NCBI GenBank assembly: GCA_973851085.1
Contig: OZ316775.1
Coordinates: 16,802,001-16,866,000 of the forward strand
Length of the DNA: 64,000 nucleotides
Direction of reading: 5' to 3'
Origin: Ptychomitrium polyphyllum
Lineage: Eukaryota
A model generated the notes under the pieces. It was not told the origin of the DNA. It ran no database searches and saw only the letters and a program-made list of their open reading frames with translations. This document shows positions 24,401 to 36,173 of this stretch, in pieces. The position numbers and the translations under genes were made by a program. Numbering within the stretch: the stretch's first letter is position 1; every line of letters starts with the position of its first letter.

Positions 24401-27200
24401 ATGCAAGTGCAAGAATTAGAATTTTGAAAGTTTCTGGAAGAAATCACCAACCTTCTAACAAGCTAAGGAACGCTCAAATTGGAGAAGTATGGAAGAATTG
24501 GCAATTGTTTGAATGAAAGGGGGTCCTCCGGTTTGGTAGGTTGAAAGCCCAACTATGGAAGATATTTTTTTAATAATCAACAATTAGATTGTAGTAAAAA
24601 TTCTTGGAGCTAAGCACCTTCAATTCTAGTTTGTGTAAACGCAAAGATCTAGAGATATGAACCACAAAAATTGAGGCGGCAGCCAATTTAGTTCCAAGTT
24701 TTTTAGAATTGAAGCGAGGGTTGAGATTGGGAAGATTACAACTAGATAATTAATAGGCAATCTAAGGACATAATTAGCCATATGTTATTTGAATTACATT
24801 GTAAATGATGCTACAACATCATTGTCGGATTAAATATGAGGCATTTATTCATTTAAAAATTTAGGTTAAATTAGGTAATTTTCAATTGGACTACAATTTG
24901 ACATAAATAATTGTATATAGGAGTAGGATTGTTTGAATTGATATTCCTTTTACTACTGGGGATTTAATTGGTTTTCAAATTGGAATGAAAGTTAGTACCT
25001 TTTGGATACCAAAGGACATAATGATTAAGGTTGAAGATAATATTCCTACCTTGTATTGTAATCATTTGGGCGGGATTCTAGTACAAAATGCCTTGGCTAA
25101 TTTTGTATATGAATTTGGGCTTTGTTTAACTTCTCCAAATCAATAGTTTAAGCGGTTAAAACGCTATGGTCTTTAAAAATGCGGTTATTAGTGGAGCGGT
25201 TTGTTGGGTTCAGATATTTGGTAGGCATGAGAAGAAGCATGCCATACAAGAGTTGGAATGGAAAATGATTGATAATTATCTTATAAATAATATGGTAGGC
25301 AAACATGGATGTAAAAAGGTGAATATTTTAGTTATTGCGGGAATCCTCCATGAATTTCTATAGCATATTAATAATAATTTTATTGGTTGACTTGGCATGG
25401 CCATTATCTTAAAGGTAGTACATTGTGCATGTGGTGAATTTAATTAAGAAATGTTCCATGAATGTTTAAATTACCGTATTATTGAAATATACCCCATGAT
25501 CACTGACAATGTGGAAGAGGCAATCAAAGCAAGTGAAGATGGTTTTCATAAAAGAATTGAATAGTCTTCAATGCCATATTGCCACATAACGCTATGCCTT
25601 CTACTCACTTAGTAGCATAATTGGTAGCAAGAAAGATGTACTAATTACCATGGTATTGGATGCGTGGTCAAGGTCTAATAAAATCAAGGCCCCATCTCAT
25701 AAAGATTTGGCTGATAGAGATGCAATTAGCTTATTGGTTATTGATTTTATAAGGTTATTAGTGCGTTCACAAGTCAAAGAAGTTAGTTAGTGCTAGTATG
25801 TATCTTTATTTAAGATTGGCTACTAATTATTAGCATTGTGGATCTTTTGAAACAATGATGTTGATTGAAATGTGTCCGCCAACTATGCTATTTTGGAATT
25901 TGATAAGAATCTTTGGTATCTTAGTAAAGAAAATATAATGTCAAAAGATTAGATTTTTATTTTGGCAATTGAAATGATCATCAATGAATTAAAATGGAAT
26001 GGTTTTGAAAGCCAAGCGCTTGCGGCATTCAAATGTATAACATGTGGAAAATTATTGGTTTGAAGACATTTTTGTATAGTAAACATTCATTCTAGTTTTA
26101 TAGTAAATATCGTTGTGTCTATTGATGTGTTGATGATGGTAGTGGCTAGATTACTGGTAGCGTTGTAAGATAAAGCATCAACAATACCATGTGCTTTTAT
26201 TGGATTTATAAATCACAATGAAAGAAAATTCCAAGAACTAGCAAAGAATCTTATTGGATACCTAAGTTTTGTTCACTTAGTATATGAGAGCCATGTGATT
26301 GACATAAATAATGAATTTATTGCCCAAAACATATTGTAGAAATTTGTTTATGGCATTGATTATTGCCAAGACTTTCCATTTGATATTGGTATAATTTTTC
26401 TTGAGTTTATTGAAGAGTTGGGAAGCATATGCAATAGGTTGGTCAATGCAATTGCTAGAATTTTGGATTGGTATTGTTCCAAGTACCAGGCTAGATGCAT
26501 TGATGTTGATGTGGAATTTGAACTTCTACTTTACCAATATAAAAATTGCTGCCAATAGGTATTGGTTCTTAATGTTTTGGTAGGCCTCTCCAAATTTGGT
26601 AGTTGAGTGAAATGGCTTGTTTTTTCACATGAGTTTAGTAATAGAGGCCATTATTGCAGCATAGTTGCAAACAAAGCATCTATTAAATTGAGCTAAGACA
26701 TTGAATATCTTGATTTCTTTGATGTTTTGAGGATGAAGCATATCTATTAAGGCCTTGATTTTTAAAAGGTCAAGCAATTTATTGGCTTTGGAAACTGCAT
26801 AACTTAAAATTGCTCCAAAATACTCAAAAAGAAGGCTTTTATTGAAGTTGAGGTTGATCCCAAATTTGCGGCATTTGATGAAGAATAATGAGAGCTCAAT
26901 AAGGTAGATAGCAAGATTATTGTAGACATTGAAATCATCTAAAAATATCTTTATAAATTTGCATAGATAATCTTTGTGGGCGTAATTGACAGCCTGTTGA
27001 TATATAGGTGGTGCATTTTTGAGACCAAATGGGATTATCATTCAAATAATCGCCCCCTATTTTATTGGTTATTTAGATGGATTTTAATCTGATGATAGCC
27101 AAAGAAGCCCTCCAAAAAAAATAGATCTTGTGCCTAGTTACCAAGTTGAAAACATCATTAATAAACAGTAGTAGATACGGTGTTGTTGTAAAAGAACTTT
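21419..27200 (-). mobile_element. Highly degenerate gypsy relic(s): RT/RH/INT remnants about 24900-27200, LTR-like repeat region about 23100-24900, probable gag remnant about 21419-22720
   Basis: Minus-strand ORF 26625-27041 reads IPFGLKNAPPIYQQAVN...FIKIFLDDFNVY (RT). The AGCTAAATTTAGAAT tandem array at 23450-23750 is shared with the solo LTR at 60030-61745. Boundaries are approximate. Confidence 0.6.
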
Positions 27201-27854
27201 GCTTTGATAAAATACTAAGTTTGTAACTGCTATTAATCACTCAGCAAAAATGATAATATAGTATAATACAACTTTTTCTCTACTCCCATGGATTTTAGAT
27301 CCTACCACTTCTATTTTTTGTATTTCTCTCACAACTTTGAATTAAAACTTGGAATTTATTATGCACTCCATCCATCTTGCATACCACACATTCATTATAT
27401 TTTATACTATAAATCTTCTTTTAATTCCTTCTATCAATCAAAACGTAATATCCAACTTTGCTATGTATTGCTTTTCAAAGTCTCATTTATGTTTTTCCTT
27501 ATGTCTCGTATTACAAAAGCTTTTTTCTTTTTAGACTTTTATAATATCAATTTAAAGTAGTCAAAATGCAATCTTCTAAATTTCATCATCAAAAATTATT
27601 TATATACAAGATATAAATACTCAAAGTTGTTGCTCTCAAAAATTTAAGGCAGTTAATTTAACTTTAATCAGACTGAAGTCACAATCATATATTAATTTCA
27701 AATAGGGCGTGTGATGATTTTATAAAAACCTTACCAAAAAAATATATAATTAAAATTAAGAAGTGTACAATGAAATATTGCCAAAAGAAAAACTGTATTT
27801 TATATTAAGTGGAAGAAGCCAAGAAAGGAGAAGAGGTTGGTGCTCAAACCACCA

Positions 27855-27970
27855 CATTTGCCCTTTATCTTTCTACGTTAGCTCTTATATCTCCCCATTA
27901 GTTCTTATTTCTTCACATTAGCCCTTATTTCTCCATATTAGCTCCTATACTCTTATATCAAACCCTTGTC
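27855..27970. repeat. Minisatellite, about 5-6 degenerate 20-bp units (CATTAGCYCTTATWTCTYCA)
   Basis: Units cgttagctcttatatctccc / cattagttcttatttcttca / cattagcccttatttctcca / tattagctcctatactctta. Confidence 0.65.
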
Positions 27971-28017
27971 TAATTACATCTTCAAACATAAACAATCTAA
28001 ATTTATTTCTTTTTTTC

Positions 28018-28041
28018 TATATATATATATATATATATATA
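28018..28041. repeat. (TA)12 microsatellite
   Basis: Directly visible. Confidence 0.9.
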
Positions 28042-29732
28042 ATTTTATTTTTTTTGATTGAAATTTCTAGATTCAAATTACAAAGTAAGACAAAATCTAT
28101 TTTCACAAATCCAAAATTTAAAAAACACTAAAATAAAGGAAAAAAATAGATAAAAGATTGAAATTCAACAAGAGATAAGTTAAGAATAATGCCATTATTG
28201 AGGCAAGATCAAACTCTTGTCATGAATTTAACTAACTAGATAAGTTCTTATTGTTGAATTAATCCAGGTTTAATTTTTATTAAATTTGTTAAGTAGAATG
28301 ATGGCACTTGGCTTGATATTGCTAGCAAGAATGGCAAGCAAGAAAATACTATAGTTAATAGGCGTCTTTATCTTAAGCTAAGATAAGATGTGGTTTTATT
28401 TCCAAACAATTAAAATTGTAGTTTCACCATGACATTTTTTATCCAATTATTTTTTATTTTTTCTAATATTTCTTTTCAAATACAATAAATCAAATTTCAT
28501 ATAATAACAAATACTTGCTAAGTTTTAAATCATACAATTAAAATACATCACAACAATGAATTCTTCTTGATGGTTAGATTGAGTCTACAAAAATCTACAC
28601 ATATATGGAATTTTTTTCTTTTGTACTATTACAATTGGAAAAAATTAAAAAGATTTTATTAATGGAGTAATGAATCCAGCGGTTAAGAGGTGATTGAAAT
28701 TATTTTTTACCGTCTTTGCATAGTTTGAGTTTAAATAGTAGCAATCTTGATGAAAGGAAAAAAATGCGATGTTGAATTCAATGTGATGTTAAGCAATACT
28801 TACTAGTATATCTATTAAATCCGTAGAAGTCTAAGCATAGACATTCTTAAATTTTTTGAAATGGACTTTAGCCTATATAACAAAATTATTTGATATATTA
28901 GTATTAACTTTGATGGTAGTAGGGTTTTTGGTAGTATTAAAATTCAAGAGGCAAAATTAAGACTTTTTAATAGTGCTCCATTTTGCAAACTTGTGGCGTT
29001 CCAAGGTAAACATAAGTAGTGTCTTAGTAATGGAAATGGAGTTTGGGGAATGAAAAATGATAGTAAAAGGATTGTTTAGACACGTGGCCTTTAATAAGTT
29101 GTTATGAATGACAGCACTGATGGCATGAAAGTAATCATCAACAACAAAGTGGATGGTTTTTTTTGTTGATATTATTTTAAACAAAGTTATAAGAAATAAG
29201 TACATTTGTATTGTAGCTTCAAGGCTAAGCTTTCACTAGACATGTATGCTCTAAACTATACCAATTTCCATGATTTTGATTTTGTTATCTGTCCAATTTT
29301 AAAGGATTTGCACATTTTTCAATCATGGACGTCTAAGAATAATAAAATAAACAAACTAGATGTTTTGACAGGTAATAATTACAAAAATGACAATATATAG
29401 AATATTACGGACGTGAATTTCGATATTTTGTAAAATATTAGCGGTTTGGACAAAAATACCATCAGTCATGTGAAGTTTATAGGAGGTAAGAGATGGATTT
29501 GGGTAATCCAAGTAGATGTGTTCTTTTTTGGTTATGACATTGATGTTTGGTTTGCCGTCAATTAATATGCTGATTACTATATCTATCAATCACTACCAAT
29601 TTAGCTTGTATATAGCGATGAATAACTATAATATTAATTACTGTATAGAAAAGATGGGCTTTTGTAGTAGTATCAAAAAGAAATATTAGTGGAAATAATT
29701 GATAAGTCTTAAAAATAACAGAATGAGTTTTT

Positions 29733-32700
29733 TGTTGCAAAGTGTGAAACATATAAAGTAATCCTAGTTGAAGTATCCTTGTGTAGACTTAGAGCATGAT
29801 ATGTTGCTAATGGTCAAAGGAGTGTGAGGAAAGAGGCTATAGGGGATATGGAGGCTAGGGTTAAGAAAAGGCAACAAGGGTTTTGTATGGCGGCTAGGGT
29901 TAGGGCGGCCATTAGGGTTAGGGCGGCCGTTAGGGTTAGGGTGGCGGCTACGGCGGCTAGGGTTAGAGTTAGCCGCCACATGTCACTCATATAGTGGAGG
30001 CAAATGCATGGCCGCCAAGTGGCACATTTTGGTGGATGACTCTCAAGTATAAGTAAAGGGGTTTTGGAAGTGGGAGTCATCTTGCTCCACACTTCTCTTG
30101 TTGCAACTTTGCTCTCTCTCTTCTTGCTTGTTGTACTAGCTTTGTTGCATTTCTTCAATAGGTTATGGGCCCACTCACACTTAGTTGTGCCTTTTGAAGT
30201 AGCTTGAAGTGTTTTGTAGTTGTTGTTCTTGTGTGGAGCAAGATCACTTCATAGTTATTGAAGATAGAGTTAGAAACGCCTAACTTTGAAGTTTTGCACA
30301 TGTAGGTGCTTGGTTTGATGTTTCTTGAACTCTAGTAGGGTTGTGGTTGTTGAAACTCCTTGGATAGTGAGTTGCTTTGAGTGGTGATAAGACCTTGATA
30401 GTGTCTTTGTTGGATTGAAGCTTCCTAACACCATTTTGTTGTGCTTGGTGTTGTTGTCTTGTGAGTTCATTGATATGTGTGCTCATTGAGTGGACATAGT
30501 GAGTTGAAAGGTTTTTCTTGGGACTCATAGTTGTGAAGACTTGTGAGAAGCATAGGAGTCAAGGAAATAGTTCGTTTGAAGGTTTGTTTTGTTACCTCTC
30601 TTCTTAAGCCATGGCTTCGAGTGAAGGTGAAGGTCTTAGGGTCATTCAAAAGTTTCATGGTGATAACTTCTAACAATGGAAGGTTAGGATGGAGCTCTTG
30701 TTGGCTTCTATGGACCTTTGGGACATCATAGATGAGAGTGAGGTTGCTCCACCATTGTCGGCAGATGCAAAGGAGAGGAAGGAGTTCCAGCGTCGTGAGA
30801 AGAAGGCTTTTGGCATCCTTGCCACCAACCTTGATGATGCCAACTTCGCCCATATCATCTCTTGCACTGGACCGGCAGAAGCGTGGAAGACGCTTTGCAA
30901 CATCTATGAGAGTAAGAACCTCTCCAACATCATCTTCACAAAGAGGAAGCTCTTGAACTGCAAGATGGAAGAAGGCCACGACCTCATGGCGCATGTGAAC
31001 AAGTTGAAGGCCCTTGCAAGGCAAGTTGCCATTGTGGACAAGCCATTGGAGGAGTCGGATGTTGTGATTACATTGCTCATGAGCTTGCCGGAGTCCTATA
31101 GCTATCTCATAGTGGCCTTGGAGTCCATTCCCATCAAAGACCTCACCATGGACTATGTGACGGCGAGATTGAGCCACGAGGACACCAAGAGGAAGGAGAA
31201 GGCGAATTCAAGTGAGGACTCCGCCCTCTTCTCGAGGCAAGGCAAGGCCACCTATTCTAATCAATGTCCAAATCTTCGAACGTGCTTTGTGTGTGGAAAA
31301 CCAGGTCATTTTGCTCGAAATTGCTTCAAGGCCAAGAAAGGAGAGAGGGAGGATGCCAACCATGTGATGGACCACCTTGGAGGTGGTGATTGTGCCTTCA
31401 TGGCAAGCGAGGGGGCGCCTATGGCGGCCGTGTCCAAGTGGATAGTTGATTCGGGCGCCACAAAGCACATGACTCCTTACAAGTGCTCATTCCATACTTA
31501 TGAGGCAATTGCAGCCACTAGTGTGCTCATGGGTGACAATGGCGTGGTGGAGGCCATTGGAATGGGTTCCATTGTGGTGGAGGTTGTTGTGGGAGGCAAG
31601 ACCAAGAGGATCACCTTCAAGGACGTGCTGCATGTGCCAAAGATGAAGTCCAACCTCCTTTCGGTGAGCAAACTTGTGATGGGAGGGTTTGTGGCTCATT
31701 TCAATGTGAATGGATGTATTGTGAAGTCATTGAGTGGAGATGTGGTTGCCACGGGGTTGAGGGATGGCAACTTGTACTTCATCAAGTGTAAGAAGGTGAA
31801 TGGAGTGGAGGTGGCGGCCTTTGCTGAGTTCATTGAAGACCAAGACAAGTTTGGCATATGGCATGGGCGCCTTGGGCACCTCAATGTGAAGGCCATGAAG
31901 GAGCTCCAAGGCATGGTAAGCGGCTTGGATCTTGGTACAACATGCCACAAGGCCAAGGAACTTGCTTGTGAGGCTTGCATCCAAGGCAAGCAGCAAAGGG
32001 CGTCGTTTCCAAGTGGAGTGGCAAGTCGTGCAAGCAAATTGTTGGAGATTGTGCATTCCGACGTGTGCGGGCCTATGAGGACTCCATCCATCGGGGGAGC
32101 AAGGTACTTCCTCACCTTCATTGATGATTATTCGAGGAAAGTATGGGTGTTCATCCTCAAGGCCAAGAGCGAATGCTTTGCAAGATTCAAGGAGTTCAAG
32201 GCGCTTGTGGAGAAGCAATGTGAGTCCAAGATCAAGGTGTTGCGTTCGGATAATGGTGGTGAGTTCTTATCCAAATGTTTTGATGACTTGTTGAGGAGTG
32301 AAGGCATTGCAAGGCAAACCTCCACTCCATACACTCCACAACAAAATGGAGTTGCTGAGAGGGCAAATCGCACCATTGTAGAGATGGCGAGGAGCATGCT
32401 TCATGCCCAACATCTTGGACATGAGTTGTGGGCGGAAGCGGTGGTGAATGCGGTGTACACAAGAAATAGGTGCCCCACAAGTGCCCTTGCATCCATGACC
32501 CCTGAAGAAGCTTGGAGTGGTAAAAAGCCTTGTGTTTCACACATGAGGACCTTCGGATGCCTTGCATATGCAAAGGTTCCAGATTGCATGAGGTCCAAGC
32601 TTGATGCAAAGGGTACAAAGTGTGTGTTCTTGGGTTATTGTGAGGGCAGCAAAGCATATAGGTTGATGTGTGTGGAGAGCAAGAAGATCATCAAGAGTCG

Positions 32701-35086
32701 TGATGTTGAGTTCTTGGAGCACAAGAGTGCTTGTGAGCACTTGGGGATGTGTCCAAGTGGGAGTAATGGTGTGATTGTGGACACATCCTCCACAACAACC
32801 AAGGAAGAAGGTCGAGATGTGGATGGAGGTGAAGGAACAATGGAGGGGGAGAGCAAGGCGACTTCCACCCTTAAGACCAGCAGAGGAGCCTCACAAGATG
32901 ATGGTGAGTATCTTCATCCAAGTGAGGAGGATAATCTTCTAAGTGAAGGAGAAGGGGATGCATTACAAGAAGAGAGGCCTGTAATGAGTGGAAGGAGGTA
33001 TCCCATGAGGGAGAGGAGGCCACTTGGTGAATGGTGGAAGAACCACATCTTTCCCAAAGTGAGTGCAGAACATGCCAATGTTGCCCTCCTTGTTGATCCT
33101 TTAATTATGTGCGATGCCTTGAAGTCCACGGATGCAATGAAGTGGGAGAAGGCCATGGAAGAGGAGTACAAGTTGTTCATGGACAATGGCACATGGCACT
33201 TGACTCAACTTCCTCCAAATCGTTCTTGCATAGGTTGCAAGTGGGTGTTTAGAAGCAAGAGGGATGCTTCGGGTGCAATTGTGAGGCACAAGGCAAGGCT
33301 AGTTGCCAAAGGATACTCACAAGTTGCTGGTGTGGACTTCAATGAGACCTTTGCACCTGTGGCCAAGTTCACCACCATTAGGACCATCTTGGCCATAGCT
33401 GCGGCAATGGACTTGGAGGTGCACCAGATGGATGTGAAGACGGCCTTTCTAAATGGAGAGTTGGAAGAAGACATCTACATGGAGCAACCTCCAGGGTTTG
33501 TACATGAAGGCTTGGAACACCTTGTTTGCAAGTTGAAGAAGGCCTTGTACGGGCTTAAGCAATCGCCAAGGGCATGGTACCAACGCATTGATGCATTCTT
33601 TAGGAAGGAAGGGTTTGTGAGAAGTGAGGCGGATCATTCCTTGTATGTGATGCAGACCATGGAATTCTTGTTGATTGTGATTCTCTATGTGGATGACTTG
33701 ATCATGTTGGCCAACCTTTCGGAGAAGCTAGAGTGGCTGAAGGCCAAATTAGAGCAGGAGTTTGAGATGAGTGATTTGGGCGAGTTACACTATTGTCTTG
33801 GAGTGGAATTTGTGAGGGACCATCACCATGAGCCAGAAGAAGTACATCGAAGAGGTGTTGAAGCGATTCAACATGGAAGACTGCAAGCCAGTGGGAACGC
33901 CTTTGGAAGCTAACTTAAGGTTGATGAAGCTAAGTGATGAGGAGTATGCTCAAGTGGAGGGCGAAATGCAAGGCGTTCCATACAAGGCCGGAGTGGGATG
34001 CCTCATGTATGCCATGGTGGGCACAAGGTTTGATCTTGCGTTTTCGGTGAGTGTTGTGAGCCAACACATGTCCAAGGCCGGCCCCATGCACTGGGCAACC
34101 ATCAAAACGATCATGAGGTACTTGAAGGGCACCTTGGACTTTGTGTTGTGTCTGGGAGGTGATAACATTGAGTTGCAGGGATTTTGTGACGCGGATTGGG
34201 CTGGAGATGCAAATGATAGGCGCTCCACAACGGGGTATGTGTTCTTTGTTGGAGTGGGAGCCATCTCTTGGAACTGCAAGAAGCAACCCACAATTGCAAG
34301 GTCAACCATGGAGGCGGAGTACATGGCGGCAAGTCATGGTGCAATGGAAGCAATGTGGCTGAGGCAACTCTTTGACGACATTGGACTTGTACAACTGGGT
34401 GCAACGCCCATCATGTGTGACAATCAGGGATGTCTTGCCTTTGCCAAGAATCCCAAGCATCACTCACGAACAAAGCACATTGACATCCAACATCACTTCA
34501 TAAGAGAGAAGATTGAAGATGGAGTGATAGATATGAGGTATTGTGCAACAGAGGGCATGCTTGCTGATTTGTTGACAAAAGCATTGGTAAGAGATAGACA
34601 CCAGTTGTTGACGAGGTCAATTGGATTAAAGGCCCTTTGACCAGTAGCAAAGTGGGAGTGTTGCAAAGTATGAAACATATAAAGTAATCCTAGTTGAAGT
34701 ATCCTTGTGTAGACTTAGAGCATGATATGTTGCTAATGGTCAAAGGAGTGTGAGGAAAGAGGCTATAGGGGATATGGAGGCTAGGGTTAAGAAAAGGCAA
34801 CAAGGGTTTTGTATGGCGGCTAGGGTTAGGGCGGCCATTAGGGTTAGGGCGGCCGTTAGGGTTAGGGTGGCGGCTACGGCGGCTAGGGTTAGAGTTAGCC
34901 GCCACATGTCACTCATATAGTGGAGGCAAATGCATGGCCGCCAAGTGGCACATTTTGGTGGATGACTCTCAAGTATAAGTAAAGGGGTTTTGGAAGTGGG
35001 AGTCATCTTGCTCCACACTTCTCTTGTTGCAACTTTGCTCTCTCTCTTCTTGCTTGTTGTACTAGCTTTGTTGCATTTCTTCAATA
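29733..35086 (+). mobile_element. Very young full-length Ty1/copia C1 copy A (half-tRNA-iMet primed; Bryco/Lyco/Gymco/Osser-type)
   Basis: 428-bp LTRs 29733-30160 and 34659-35086 (TGTTG...CAATA), only one difference seen. TSD TTTTT/TTTTT. PBS GGTTATGGGCCCA at 30161-30173. PPT-like AGCAAAGTGGGAG before 34659. Confidence 0.97.
30611..34640 (+). pseudogene. C1 gag-pol polyprotein (gag, CCHC, PR, INT, RT, RH) with a TAA at codon 21 and a 14-bp deletion frameshift near 33820
   Basis: The ATG at 30611 is in frame with ORF 30689-33913. Motifs CFVCGKPGHFARNC, WIVDSGATKHM, HSDVCGP, RSDNGGEF, YVDDLIM, DADWAGD, TKHIDI. Copy B retains TCGTGCAAAGAGGA, which is missing here. Confidence 0.93.
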
Positions 35087-35790
35087 TTTTTGTAATGAAA
35101 TTGTAATATTTTGCTTTTGGAATTGTGTACATATTTGTTGAATTGCAAAAAAGTCAGAGGTGTCTAATTGGTCCAATAAAAAAGATATAGACTTTGGTAG
35201 AGCAATTTATTACAGCACTTATATGGTGCAAATCATCTAATTACAAACAACCTTGGTTAAATGTTATTTAATGTCTTATGGTATGGATGCCAATGGTAGA
35301 AGAGTAGCTGCTGCTTGGCTGCAATTTATAGGTCCAATGAGGTAGAAATTGATGGTGTTTATATTAGAAGGAGGGGTATGGTTTGCTAGTTTGTGCTTTT
35401 TATTTGGATGAGACGCTTAACATTATCATCTTGATGAAAAGACATCAATTTCTAAAGAGATCCATCAAGCCGCATACGAGATAGAGAAAGCGTTAAATAG
35501 GTGGAAACAATGATGTTGGCGTTGATCAACAGGAGTGGGAATCAATAGTAGTTCTATCTAATGAATGGTAGAAGGTTGTTTTCTATACTTAGCTTGGTTA
35601 CTATTGAAATTCTTGTAACAACATTTTCAGGTATAATCAAAGCAATTGCAACCAGTATAGGATTAGATAGTTGGATGGAATTGATTAGAAGTACCAAGGA
35701 AGTATATTGAATGTTTGAGTAGTTTTTCTTTTGTTAGTTGGACAAATCTAATTGCCTCTATAATGGTGATTTTTACAAGGTCCATTTAAT

Positions 35791-36173
35791 TATCAAGAAC
35801 ATAAATCATATAGCGTAGTCTTTAGAATCTTCTAAAACCTTTTTGTATATTATAATAGCTTCTTAAAATACTTTCAATGCTTCCAAAGCCATTTCAATTC
35901 TTTGAAAAACTTCTTAGGAAGGTTCATAGACTTTTAAAACTTTCTTAAGCTTTATAGGAAGTTTTTTTAGAAGTATCCTAGGAAATACAAGCATTATAGT
36001 ATAAATAGGAGGTAAAACAAGGTATATCTTAGTCTTGCCAGTACAAATTGTAGATTATATTGTATTGTGTCCTTTTTCTAGTCTTTATATCAATTTTTAT
36101 TAATCATTACCTTTTAAAAGCTAATTTTTTAAAAACACTTCGTGTTTGAATCTTGTATCTTGTGTATCTAAGA
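35791..36173 (+). repeat. Old degenerate G1-family LTR relic inside older gypsy-like debris
   Basis: Matches the G1 LTR (AGTATAAATAGGAGG...TAGTCTTGCCA...AAACACTTCG...TCTTGTGT) with a shorter tandem array. No TSD is visible. Confidence 0.8.

Noticed and set aside
28290..28420. Possible hAT dimerisation-domain remnant on the minus strand (LAILAS...)
   Set aside because: Too short and degenerate, with no TIRs or TSD seen; needs a tBLASTn or HMM search.
29764..30158. Repeated ORFs with PNPNGRPNP or LTLTAA sequence in C1 LTRs
   Set aside because: Translations of the TTAGGG/GGCGGC array, repeated only because the LTR is repeated.
30467..34404. Many antisense ORFs over copia pol
   Set aside because: Shadow ORFs caused by codon bias of the sense frame.
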